NCBI GenBank assembly: GCA_002189035.1 | Contig: NEEC01000004.1 | Location: 558,001 to 622,000 of the forward strand | Source of the DNA: Utricularia gibba | Lineage: Eukaryota > Plantae > Magnoliophyta | Length of the DNA stretch: 64,000 nt | Direction of reading: 5' to 3' | Shown: positions 36,537-49,381 of the stretch, in pieces | Layout of the letters: each line of letters starts with the position of its first letter | Numbering within the stretch: the stretch's first letter is position 1 | Translations under genes and position numbers: made by a program | The notes under the pieces: model-generated | Seen by the model: the letters and a program-made list of their open reading frames with translations, nothing else | Databases searched by the model: none | Told to the model about the DNA's origin: nothing

Positions 36537-39391
36537 CCCCTCCCTCCCCTGTTCAATCAACCACCCTGTGTTCATTGTTTCAAATAAGTTTTGCTGTTAG
36601 AGCAATGGCGTCTATATTTGTGCTGTATGCATGTACTGTAAGTGCTGTGTTGTTCATTCTTTGTTCCTCCAATTCCATGGATGGGCGGTTTCTGGGGAAG
36701 AAGAAGCAGTACCAAAGACAGACGGCAATGACGCAAAATCCTGGAAGGAGTAAAATAATAAGAAATAGGAACCAATCATGATCTTTCTCAACGGGGCCTC
36801 TACGGAGACAAGAGGCACAGAGCACCATGTGCATGATATGGACGTGCCATCGGTCCTTCTGATGTCCATGAAACTCACGCAATTGCGTCTCTTCCCTTTC
36901 CACAACTTAACTAACAAGCGACTTAGTAATTAAACCAGATGTATTAGTTATACATAAATGATCATATGCGAATTACCAAACATCACAAAGCATTATTAAG
37001 TAACATGTGCGCCTACCAGACTGAGTCAGAAGGCTCCCCACGATAACAACCGAACAGGCCGAACGGCATCATCGCATTCTTCTCCATGTGATTCCTTCAA
37101 TCAACAGCGGACGACGGTACGGGCGATAAATTCCCCGGTGTAAGTTGCTACGGCGAAGGGAGAGCCGAGCCGGACCTCTGCCTGTCAACTCGCATCCACC
37201 GTGCTTCGCCTGCACGAGATTTTCCGATTGAGTTGCATTGCGGAACCGTGTGTGACCTGGCGAATTTGGGGAAATCGCCTACACCGACCTGCAGAGATTG
37301 ACAAATTGTCAATTCCTCTCTGTTTGCTGCAATCGCCAGATGCATCCACTCCGCCGCCGCCGCCATTTCTTTTCGTGTCTCGCTCGATCCCCCGCCGGAA
37401 CGAGCACCGAAAGAAAGCATCTCGCACCTAGCATCCTTTTTTTACGGTTGCTACTCACTTTGCCGACTAAAACTAGTCAACAATTTACCTCATTGCAAGA
37501 GCGAAAGGACATCAGCGTCAACCGTAGCAACCGCAGCCGTCTCGGAGGAACAAGCTTCCGGCGCCATCCCAAAACAACATAATGAATGCGGATTAGGGTT
37601 TTGCTAAAATAAAAATAAAAAATTAGGAAATCTGCTCCGGATGAGTTAAAGGCAAAAAACCATCCAAAGGAACATGTACTAGCTCTGTTACCTGTTTCCT
37701 CCTCCCCACTCCACTCTCCAACAACAGCTGATTGACGTTTAACCGTACCTCCTAATGACTGTAGCAACTCATAGATTTCAGAAGTTTCAGGACAAAAATA
37801 CGGGGAAACAGGACAGGGGCACCTGCACTTCCCCTACAATTTCCTCCCTTTTCACGGTACCATTTCCTCACCTGAGAGTACATCCGTCACAGACAGCAGC
37901 CATTATTGTTTTCCCTGCAGCACCACCATAAGAAGAAGAAGGCTACTAGCTTCTGATTCTTTACTCTGTATTTATTTGAGGAGCCATGAAGAACAGGAGG
38001 AAGGGAAGCAGCTCCCACCCGAAACAAAGAAACAACGGAGTGGAACCTCATCAGATATCCACAACTGAATAGTAAGCTCAAACACTAGAGTCCATGATGC
38101 ATCTGAATCCCCATAACCTAAATCACATGATCATCAAGCTTGCATTGAATCGGTTGCTGGTCATAGGAGCATTCCACGGATCCCAGTTATTAGAAGAAAC
38201 CAGAAGAGTGAGTGGTTTTAAGCCGACCAAACAACATCTCGTGTTAAAAAAAAAAAAAAAAATCTTCCCTTTCTCAACACTGTGGCTTCAGGATACGAGC
38301 AAGATAGAATGGCTCATATGGTCACATTTGGTGGGATGACTTTGAACATGACGTGTCCCTCCTTTAAATTAGATAGTCAACACAGGTGAGCTCTAGATTA
38401 CAAGCATATGCCACACCTTAGGTGGAAGGGATGGTAATGCAAGGGCAAAACCCCAGAGGGGTGAATTCGGATCCTTGGGCCTGTGTTCATGCAACAGTGA
38501 TGAGTGACGATCAGGATGCTCCACCGACTTTAGTATGCTATTTTGCTTTTGAAAATAGAATGTTCAGCAGCAAATCTTTACAAGAAACCAAGCTACTCAC
38601 ATGAGCTAACGAATGATGTCACTTGAATTAAAGCAGAGGCTTTGAATCTCCAACAAATCTAATCAAACTGAGTGGAAATGAAACGAGCAAATACCTGGGA
38701 AACGAGTTTGGACTAGTTCCTCTTCCTACCAGAACAAGAATCTGCTACACAGCAAGGTGACTACACCTGAAATTTACTTACAAAATGAAGAAATGGTGAT
38801 CTTTCCCTTCGGGAGTTTTACCTGAAACACCATATATCATGACACACAGAATGTGAGATTCATTGACCCCTCTGCTTCTTCTACTACCTTCCTTCACCAG
38901 GAACAAAATGTGAACGATTTTAAACTCAGTCAAACCCCAAGACCGAGGCAATGATCAGAAAGTAAAAATCAGCAGAAAAATACTGGCTGGTTACACTCCA
39001 CCATCACACATTCAGACCGGGCACGAGAGTAATGATCACAGAATAGTAAAATCGCAGGGTTGTACGTACCCAATAATTATTCTATTCGACAAAATTGAAT
39101 ATTCCTCTCTACAGTGGCGTAGCTTGCTGGTTTTCGTCCTCTCATCATCATTTCCAAGAAGAGAAGGTATCAAAAACCCAGCAGATACATTAAACAGGGA
39201 CTGAGAAGACATGCCTTGAAACCCTTACATTCCCGAAATTTGGGAGTAAACAAAGGATTAACCTTCACGACAACCACAAGAAAACCCCAGGCAGGCTCCA
39301 GAGGGAGTTAAGTTACTTTCAAGCGCTCCAAATGAAAGATTACCAGAACAAAAACAACAGCATGCAGATGAATGAATCATCTTGTAAGAAG

Positions 39392-39494
39392 AGGCGCAAG
39401 AGAGAGAGGAGCGAGCACCGGCATGTGCAAATGTAAATTTTTCCTCTTTCATTTCACAATTGCCCTCCAGTGCTCGCTCTCTTCTGTCAGCCTT
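39392..39494 (-). ncRNA. MIR156: MIR156 hairpin B (variant mature UGACAGAAGAGAGCGAGCAC at 39470-39489)
   Basis: Mature sequence differs from canonical miR156 by U14C. The 3' arm GTGCTCGCTCCTCTCTCTCTTG pairs with it, with bulges near the mature 5' end. Confidence 0.8.
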
Positions 39495-39615
39495 CTCATT
39501 TCATGATTTAACAGTTGCCAAAACACAAACCCATTCATTATAACAACAACAACAACAGGATGCCGATGAATGATTATCACAACAGGAAGAACGAGAGGGT
39601 GAGAGGGGTAGGGGG

Positions 39616-39720
39616 AAAGCTGACAGATAGAGGAATGAGCACCGGCAATGCGCAAAGGTAAGGGGTTTCCTCTTTCTTCTTACAATTGCCCTCCAGTGCT
39701 CACTCTCTTCTGTCAGCCTG
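39616..39720 (-). ncRNA. MIR156: MIR156 hairpin A (canonical mature UGACAGAAGAGAGUGAGCAC at 39696-39715)
   Basis: Exact 20-nt miR156 on the 5' arm, with star arm GTGCTCATTCCTCTATCTGTCA at 39621-39642. Confidence 0.95.
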
Positions 39721-39848
39721 CTCAACCTCATCATCCAACCATTGCAAAACACAAACCCGTAAAAAAACCTTCTTGCAAATACATTCAAGCAGCAAATGGT
39801 CAGATCTGAAACCCCAAGGTATCTTTGTCGTTCAGAAGAACCGCTGTT

Positions 39849-39867
39849 AGGGTTTCCTTATTTATAG
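39849..39867 (-). promoter_or_regulatory. Probable TATA box and telo-box at the pri-miR156 start
   Basis: The minus strand reads CTATAAATAAGGAAACCCTAA about 150 bp upstream of hairpin A. Confidence 0.6.
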
Positions 39868-40436
39868 ATGCCACATTTTTCCAGACGCTGTCGGCATGCT
39901 TCAATTCAAAACAGTACTCTCCATGTGAAAGAAATAGGACCGCCACTGAAATGGTCCCCCATATTTATATTACTTACAAATAAAATACGAAAAGAAATCA
40001 CACACAGAGAGAGTAATGGTGGATGCAGTCACAGAGAAGGGGTTTTCCTGCTATTCTCGGGGTGAAAGGACCATGGGCTTCAGGATTAGTACTTGTTAAA
40101 CAGTTCATCATGGCAGTTAGTGCGTGTTAATGGTAGTAGACAGATGTGGCATCGAGTGACTGAAAGAGCACTGCCCAAGGCCTTGTTTTGCAATGCAAGA
40201 CAGTCAAATGTAAGTGAATGAAGGGGAAAGCAGGTAATGGAGTGTCCAGAAGAATGTCTATCAGAAGAGCATAGAAATGAAAACTCAGCCAACTTCTTGC
40301 ATGCACAAGATTACATAGACACACTACAGCCTAAGCTCCAAAGGCTCCATATTTCTGATAAAGACTAGAAAACCGATCTTATTCGAGCAAGAAGCAAGCC
40401 TTACGAATCGTGGCATGGCAAGCTGTGGATAAAGCT

Positions 40437-42585
40437 CTAGCCCATCGAATAGGAGGGCGAGGGCAAGTTGATCACGGTGGTCTTGACCTTTGTCATCATG
40501 TTGATGCTGTTGGTGATGCCCTGAGATCCAATTCCACTATCCTTGATGCCCTGCAGGGGCATTGCTTGTTCATAAGTTTCAGTTTTGTGTTGATGATTTA
40601 GACAACTGCCTTACTTGGAATGGGAAATGATCCGGTCCCCGAGCAGGGGCCGAGTTGATCTGGACCGTCCCTGTCTCCATAGCGTCACTGATGAGAATAG
40701 CCTTGTTGATGTCTTTGGTGAAGACACAACCCTGTGTGTTTTTTTTGTCCAATCAAGATCAGGCCATGTGATGGTGAGCAGAGGTGTGTTTGTGGGGTAA
40801 GAAGTTTTCACCTGAAGCCCAAAGTTGCTAGCATTGCAGTGATGTATTCCTTCTTCGACAGATCCAATGCGGATGACGGGAAGGACAGGTCCAAACGGCT
40901 CCTCCCAAGCAATCCTCATGTCTGGCCTCACATGATCCAACAACAATGGCCAGATGAGGTTACCTTCTCTCTTGTACTCCTGGCAAAAGGTGGCCTCCTT
41001 CTGTTTAGCATCCATGACAAGGCCCTCGATGAAGTTTGCTGATGACTCTGATACCACCGGAGTAATGTCAGAATCGTCCTCAGGTGAGCCAACGGTCAGC
41101 TTTGCAACTTTGGATTTAACTTTTTCGACAAGAGCATCAGCTACTGATTCAATCACCAAGACAACCTTCACTGCCGTGCATCTCTGTCCACTGTTGGGGA
41201 GTTCCTCAGCGTTTCATGCTTTGCCCACAGCAAGAAGAGGATGAAGAGGGAATGTGTATACCTGTAAGAAAAACCCCCTTTGACGATGCTTGATGCAGCC
41301 AGGTCGAGATCAGCATCTTCGAGAACAATGCAAGCATCTTTCCCTCCAAGCTCCATTTGAAGAGGAATCATGCTGGCTTTCTTCGATATGGCAATACCCG
41401 TGTCGCCACCAGTAAAGCTAAAGCAAGAGTAGGAGATTGCGTCCATCATGGCGAACCCATAAAGAATGCTGGAACAAGGAGTAACGAGTCCGAGAGATGC
41501 TCACCTAATGCAGTTCACCCCGGGATGCATGGTGAGAAAATCACCAATCTCAGAGCCTTTCCCTGTGATGCAACTGATAAGTCCCTTTGGGAACCCTGCT
41601 AAGTGAAAGCAGTGTACCATATGAAGGCAAGCTACGGCACCCTGTATCAAAACAGAATTATTATAGATCATGAGAAACAAGCAGTAATAGTGAAGTTTTT
41701 AAACCAGTAGAACATCAAGGTGTGAAGTTACCTGAGTTGGAGGCTTGAGAACAAGGGAGTTGCCAGCAATGAGAGCTGGTGCAATTTTAGAAACAGCGAG
41801 ATTTACAGGGTAATTGAAAGGCGGAATAGCTAAAACAACACCGAGCGGAATCTGTCAACCAGAGACGCAAACCAAGATAAATAACACAAGAATACGCAGG
41901 CAAACAATGTAATCACACATCAGTTTAGCAAAAGCATTAGTTTACCTTAGATGTTAGGCAGTACTTGGTTCTGTCATTCCCTGGAAAGCTATCAGATACC
42001 AGGAATTTACCCTCTCCAAGTATCCGAACTCCTTCCTCTGCAGTGTAAGATATGAGATCTCCAGACCTCACAACCTGAATCAGATCCCAATTTTCAAGAT
42101 GATGATAAGGTACTTGTTTTCATTATGGCTTCACACAGCATTTCAAAACATAGCATTCTCATACCTCAGTAACAGAATCTTTAGCAGGCTTTGCAATTTC
42201 CTTCACCAAAGCTTCTGCAATTGGGGCTTTCTGCTCTTTAAGAATAGCTGCAGCCTTGTGGAGAAGCTCTGCACGCTTCCATAGCGGCATTTTTGCCCAC
42301 AACTTTTGTGCAACTTTCGCGGCTTCCATTACCTTATTCACCTCCTCTTGGGTACAAGCTTAAGATAAAGAAGACACATTCATAATCAGTAGAGCAGTCA
42401 GTTGCATGCAAAGGTGAAATCCTTAAGCAGCCCATCATACCTTGAACTCTGTACTCTGTTTTCCTTGTAGTGGGATTCACAATGGAAACAGATTTCCCAG
42501 AAGAAGACTTCTTCCATTCTCCGTCAGCATAATATTTAAACACCCCATCATCTATAATATCTGCAAAAACACCGGTGCCCGCCAT
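40437..42585 (-). CDS. GAPN: NADP-dependent non-phosphorylating glyceraldehyde-3-phosphate dehydrogenase (ALDH11)
   Basis: [11 protein letters not shown]...[45 protein letters not shown], catalytic [19 protein letters not shown], end [27 protein letters not shown]-stop; multi-exon. Confidence 0.95.
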
Positions 42586-43594
42586 AGATGATCCTCAAAC
42601 AAGCTGCAAAATCCTTCACCTTTGGTCTCAACTCACCAGAGGAGCGTCTTAAAAGAGTGAGGACTTTGGGCTCTCCTCCCAACTTTCTGGTGGTTGAGAA
42701 AAAACTAGATACGTGTCCAAAGAAAGTGAACCACACGTTGATTTCCAAGGCGCAATTTTTATCCCAACCATGGTGCCCACGAGGTGGAGGGTGTTTCTTT
42801 TTCTCATTTTTTAATGCAAAAACAAAAGAAACCGAGGTGCGTCACCTACCCCCACACACATCCGAAGCAGGATCAATCTACCTATAACCCACAATTCCCT
42901 CCTTATCCACTCACAGTTGATCAGTATGTGTCACTCCCAAACCTTCTCCAACTTAACAAGATTGAATCTTACTCCCTCCTCAGTGTTTTTTGGAGTACAA
43001 TGATGCCGCAACAACCTACAATTCAACCCTGGTTTGCAACATCGATGATGCAGGGCTGAACAGAGTGAGATCGGACGGATGAAACAGAATCTAGCCATCA
43101 ATAGCTATGGAATATTCGCTTTCTGTAATAATAATACCTTTGCTTCTGCAATCAAATCAATGATTGCTCATCTTGTGGTTTGAACAAAAAGTAAAAAATG
43201 AGAAATTAAGAGACTAGAAAAGAGCAGAAGCAAGGTTGGTTGGCACCTCTTCTCGACCGTTAATTTTCCCCAACAAAGGTCCGCCACGAGATGTAACCAA
43301 CTTTCCGGTGGGCCCAAAAAGCCCAACTAAGTTCATTATATGTTCCGGCCCACTAACGCTTTTTTTTTGGTTGGTACAATTTTATATTTTTTTAATAGAT
43401 TAAATAACCACCTCCCTTCAATCAACAACTATTCAATTAAGATTTTGATATATTTTTTTATAAAGATATCTTATATATTTTTAAAAAAAATAAAAGATTC
43501 AATCATAATTTAAAATATAATACCAAATCCTCGAACAAAAAATAAAAGTTTCGTCAGCCACAAACGCGCTGAAATCTCCCTGCGTAAGAACTCC

Positions 43595-45798
43595 CTAACA
43601 GGACACATCAAGCCTGCAAAAAGCAGGAAAGAGATGCAAATACTATGAAGTGGTGGTTGTAAACCAGAAACTGAAGCACTGGGATGCGGAGATGGTGCTA
43701 CCTTTTTGAGCCCTTGCCCAACTTCTACACGGATGAAGTTGGCGATCTTCACCTCGGAGCCGACTTGCTTCGACAGGTTGCTCAACACGGTCTGGAAGAG
43801 AAGGTAGATATATATATATATATGGGGAAGGGTATTAGAGATGATTAGAAATGGGAGTTCTTACCTTTATGTTCAACGTGTCATCGACAACAAACTTCTG
43901 TTCGAGAAGAACTACTTCCTCGAAGTACTTCCTTAAACGCCCTTCAACCATCTTGTCTACCGCCATCTGTGACTTCCCAGAACTTTCTGCCTGCAAAAAT
44001 GTAAATGTTCGTATCCATACCGAAAGTAAAGCTGCGGAGCATAATAAGAGCGTTGCGAGTTTGTGATGATTTCTTGAATCACCTGCGACCTAAGGATTTC
44101 TTGCTCATTGCTCAATGCATCAGAAGATACATCTTCCCTGGTAAGGAACAGTGGTTTTGCAGCTACGATATGCATTGCTAATTCTGACCCAACACGATGG
44201 ACAGCATCTAATGGAGCAGCCGTGTTCTCTAACTCCAGTGATAGAACTCCAGCAATGCGTCCAATGCCTGGATTTAAATTCAAAGAACGAAGATGTTGAA
44301 TGGGAAGAATTTCATGATGCAATAACGCTATCGGGATGGAAATAATGCTTTACCTGGCTGGGGACTGTTATGGAGATATGTGGACAAGACCCCGTATGAA
44401 GGAGCCGACAGTAAAACACCTCCACCAAGTTTGACATTCTCTCCAACCATAGCAGCTACTTCTGTAATAGCACTTTGGACAGTTTTCTCTCCAGAAAACT
44501 TTGGATGGTCAAAATTCAGAGTCAGATCCTGAAAGGAGCACAAATAACGAAATAAAAATGAAAATTTAGTTCCAATAGGTGCCATGGGGCATTAAAAGGG
44601 GAAAACATGAACAGTACACCCTGAATGCTCATTAGATCATTGCAAAAACAAAATCCACACGCTGAACATTAAAAAAAAACAGGACCTAGGAGCGAGAATG
44701 TGTTACACCAAGGATTCATCCTGATTTCCAATAAGTTTTGGATACCTGGAGCTTATAGTAGTATTGTGTCTCATGGACATAAAAGCATCTAAAGAATCAG
44801 ACTGTTCAACTTCAGTCCGTGACTTGTAAAAATAACTTGTTTGTCAAAAAAGCACAGAAAAATAAGTTTTCACATAATATGAAAGACTACTCACCTCCAA
44901 ACGATCAGCACTGACAGGTGTTAATAAAGAATCATGCTTAGATCCTTCAAGTAGTAAAGCAGACTTGGCCAAGGATAAGGCCTGCAGGAACCCGAATTTT
45001 AACGAAAAAAGAGATTCTCAGAGTAGATCAGCAAATCAGACTAACAAATAGGATGAAAAAGAGACTGTATTTGATAACTGAATAAAATAACTGGCAACTG
45101 CAGGGTCCTAAAAACATGATAATCAAAATAACCACTTAAAGCTGACATCATTCTGTAGACAATAAGTCTTACGCATGGAAAATCCTTGAGAGCTAACATC
45201 TAAGTTGCATCAAATAATAATCCAAGAGTGCTAGTGAATGATATACCAACCAAATGCTGGAAAATGTCATTTCTAGCTACAAAGTCTGTTTCGCAATTGA
45301 GTTCAATAACAACAGCCTTCTCCTGATTTTGAGCTAATGCAAGAAGACCCTCGGCTGCAGTTCTAGAGGACTTCTTAGATGCAAGAACCACTCCTCTTTT
45401 TCGCAAATCCTTTTGTGCTACATCTGCATCAACCCACCACAGGCCCTCCCTCATTCTTATGCAAAAAGGCTGAACAGAGTGCCAGAAAAAATCAGCGGAG
45501 ATAAAGAATATTTTAGCTCACCAACATCCCAGTTACTAGCTACTAGAGCTGACTTCACATCCTTGATAGGAGCACATGTTGCCTCCCTCAACTTTTTTAT
45601 GAGATTCATTTGGTCTCCAGGTGATAAATCGGAGTAATAACGAACAGGAGATGCTCTACAAGGATTTACTGGATGGCCATAACTTGGTCCCATCATGGAA
45701 CATATCCCTTTATGTGATATCGAAGTACAATAGCCATAACTACTAAGCGCCTTATACAGAATCCCAGTCGAACGATTCATCACCCGTGCAAGGCCCAT
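43595..45798 (-). CDS. Mitochondrial elongation factor Ts
   Basis: Transit-like N-terminus, then [63 protein letters not shown] and [13 protein letters not shown]. Frame of the last exon is ambiguous. Confidence 0.9.
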
Positions 45799-46666
45799 GG
45801 CAGTAAAATCGTTCACGGCCTACATTGACGAATAGGCAATCAGAACACCCAAAGGAAGCAACTTATGCACCCAGGCATCTCCAGAACAATAAAAAACACA
45901 AAAACATCGAGAAACGTAGTTTTTTGTTAATACCAAAAGACATACAGGTACTTCCTACTACAAGAAAATACGATCCAGATGCATTATGGCATATTCAACA
46001 AAGAAAACCGTGGCGACACTGACGATCTACCTCAAATTCAATCGAATGATGGGACGCCGCCGATTCACTGAACAGCGCCGGCCGCACCTCAGCTAACCAA
46101 TGACAACTAAAATGGATGCTTTAACCGGATATCGGACGAAAAACCCTCGGAAAAAACCGGTGAACACCAAACACCAACAGCCTAGGGTTTAAGAAAGCGC
46201 TTTCCAAATTCTAACACTTTTGCCTTCAAAGTCACACACAATCGTTTCAATTTTTTATTTTAAAATTTAATTTCTATGACACCTTGCCCTTTTCTCATCC
46301 CTTTATTTCATTTTATATTTTAAATTTTCTTTATAATATTATTTTTTTTAGTAAAACTCGACAGCGTGGGTCAATTTAAATTAATATACATGAAATCATT
46401 TATTAAAAAAACACCGTAAAATATATTGTAAGGTAATTAAAAACGAATATTTGGAACTATCAAGGCTCATCTACACTAGAGGACACGGGGACACGCAAAA
46501 CCTGATTATTAGGACACCGCTTCAACGGAGCGTCCACATAAGACAACCTTACAGAGACGGACACGTGTACCCCACACAACCTCCGTACAAGACACTAGCA
46601 GACGCCTCTGTCAGCAAGACAAGTTCCCATGCTGTTATCTTCTTATATCCATCCCTGTTTACGATT

Positions 46667-49381
46667 CTATCTTGGCCCAGAGAGCTCCATACAGTGGCGA
46701 TCGTAGTCATCATCCATGGCCATGGTTGCCGATGGGTTACGATCACTGTCTTCAAGGGTGAAAGCCAGGTGAGATTTGGTGTTGAATGAAAAACTGGAAG
46801 AAGAAGAAGAAGATTGTTGGATGAAGTTGTGTGAGGCTGCCCATTTCTCTGCTAAGCCGTCGCCTTCGAGCATCCTCACAACTTCCGACATTTTGGGACG
46901 ATGAGCCGGGAGATGCTGCGTGCAGAGGAGAGCCACTTGCAGCATTTCACCTACCTCGATGGGATCATACAATGTTCCAAGTTCCCTGTCCACCAGCTGC
47001 TCTGTTTTCTTCTCTTGTTGTATCTTCTTGATCTGAAAACAGGGCAAGTGTTATACGTCTGATGTGATTGCATTCAATGTGAAATGCAAGCTTACCACTT
47101 GAAGAAGCTCTCCTTTCTGGTTAACTGAGTTGCCAAACTCAAGAGCTCTCATCCCGGTAATGAGTTCCATCAGCAGAATCCCAAATCCGAAAACATCGGT
47201 TTTCTCAGATGACTGGCCGGTGGAGAGGTACTCCGGGGCAATATGGCCTACGGTGCCTCTCACGGCTGTTGTCACATGGGATTCAGCATGATCTAGAAGC
47301 TTTGCGAGGCCGAAATCCCCAACAACAGCCTCGTAGTATTCATCAAGAAGGACATTGGCAGCCTTCACATCTCTATGGATTATCTTTGGATCACATTGCT
47401 CGTGCAGATAGAGTAGGCCTCTTGCTGCTCCTACAGCAATCCGTTTCCTGGTATTCCAATCTAGAGCAGGTTTTGCTGTAAAGATTGCTCATTAGCCGGA
47501 GTCCAGCTGAGGTTATCTGCTAGTTAGATGTATGAAATGAAGAAAGTGAAAAAAAGGAAACCTTTGAGTCTGGAAGCCACGCTCCCATTAGGCATATAAG
47601 GATAAACAAGAAGTCTGTCACTTGGCGTGGCACAATATCCAATTATGCGAAGCAGATTCCGGTGGACTGCTAAACTGATCATTTCCAGCTCGGTCCTAAA
47701 CTGCAACTCTCCTGTTGATCCTGTCATATCCTTGAGCCGTTTGACAGCAACCAAAGTACCGTCTCCCAGTTTTCCCTGATAGACATTGCCAAAGCCCCCA
47801 ACCCCAAGAAGATTTTTCATGCTGAAGTTGTCAGTAGCATTCTGCAGCTCTTTGAATGCGAAGTTCTTAAGATTCCCAAGGCCGGTAATGCCAAGATCCT
47901 CCTCTTGCACATCTGAAATGCGAAAATGAGTTATGCTCTAAAAACTAGAGGTATCACATGTAATGTTCTTCACAGACCTGTGTATTTCAAAATTGACTGC
48001 TTGCTGTTCTTGTGTCTTCTCCAGAAAAGAAGCAGAATGACTAGCAACAAAACAGAGCTGAAGCTGAGGCTCACCCCCAGAGCAGCTGCTAGTTTCCTGG
48101 AGCTGGTTTTGTCTGAAGTAATACAAATTAGCATTCAACTTTTTGTTAAGAAAACCAGAAGCTGTTACAGAACTGATGGCTTACCTAAGGATGCATCAAT
48201 GTAGAATGACTGAGAATTGGGCAGAACTGATCCAAAACATGTTTCACTAGAATGGGTTCCACAGATTAAAGGGTTCCCAAGAATACTGCAGGAAAGTTAA
48301 AGAAACTGTCACACCGTGTGAAGAGTGAGTAAAAAATGGCATGACAAATGTAGCCATACTTGAATGTTTTGGCAGGAAAGATTGGAACAGGTTCACTGAG
48401 ATTGTTGAAGGATAAATCCCTGAAACGTTTCATCATATTAGTGAACCCAAGCCTCAGGAGTCTTTTGCGTATTAGAAACTCCATGAAAAATCATCAAAAA
48501 CACTCACAAGAAAGCAAGTTGAGGGAGACTGGCTAAGGACATAGGCACCACCCCAGTCAAACTGTTGTTATTCAATCGTCTACGCATTACAAGGCATAGA
48601 AAAAGCTCAGAAACAGACACTGAATGAGAACAAATGTCAATAGCAATTAAAGTAGTTCAGTCTCACAAATACTGCAGACACTTCAAGAAGCCAAATGACT
48701 CGGGAATTTGACCAGTTAATTTGTTGTTGGAGAGATCCAAGGTCTGAAGGTTAGGAAGATAGGCTATTTCTTTGGGGACATGACCAGAAATGTTATTGTT
48801 CTGAAGTAATCTGCAAGAAAATGAGAAGGAATTTCCTCATAATCGAGCAACACGAAACATGACGCTAAAGAAATGTGAGCTAGCTTACAGTTGTTTGATA
48901 TTTGTTAGATTTGCAATCACCCATGACAAAGTCCCTGATAAGCCCTGACTCGGAGCCTCTCTGTATCAACCACAAACAAGATAAAAAACCGAAATGATGG
49001 AATGAAAGCACCTTCTGATCATTCATAACTCAAACTTTATGCAACAAAACGTAGAAACTCACAGTGCAGTGACAAGATTGTCATTATTACAAGTGATCAT
49101 AGACCAGCTACAAGGGTCCACAGAGTCTTCATCCCAATTACTTAAAGCTCCATGGGGATCCTCCAAACTTTCCCTTATAGCAATAAGAGTCTCAACTAAA
49201 GCCAGAAAAAAATATGAACGTGAGATCAAGCATTTCATTTCAAGGACAAGAAATGCATATCGAGAATACAACGATTGCTACCTTCAGGATTACGGGCCTC
49301 GAAAGAGAGCACAAGAGTGAAGAACAATGCGTAAACAAAAAGAAGAAAAGGGAAGTTGGAGAGAACGAGAGGCATGATCAT
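46667..49381 (-). CDS. LRR-RLK subfamily II, CIK/CLERK/SARK-like
   Basis: Signal peptide...[26 protein letters not shown], short LRR exons, TM helix ([24 protein letters not shown]), and kinase [54 protein letters not shown]; end MELSGPR. Confidence 0.92.

Noticed and set aside
39868-40065. Plus-strand ORF with SIQ...LHVKEI, reminiscent of Brassicaceae miPEP156a
   Set aside because: It lies on the opposite strand and upstream of the MIR156 TATA box; the similarity is short and from memory only.
42998-43060. Box C/D snoRNA-like motifs (ATGATG...CTGA) on the plus strand
   Set aside because: Imperfect C box, no terminal stem and no recognisable rRNA antisense element; better explained by the minus-strand splice acceptor.
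43595-43710. Possible extra base at the last EF-Ts donor (LKK|A* versus LKR|LDVSC*)
   Set aside because: Affects only a few poorly conserved terminal residues and cannot be resolved without reads.
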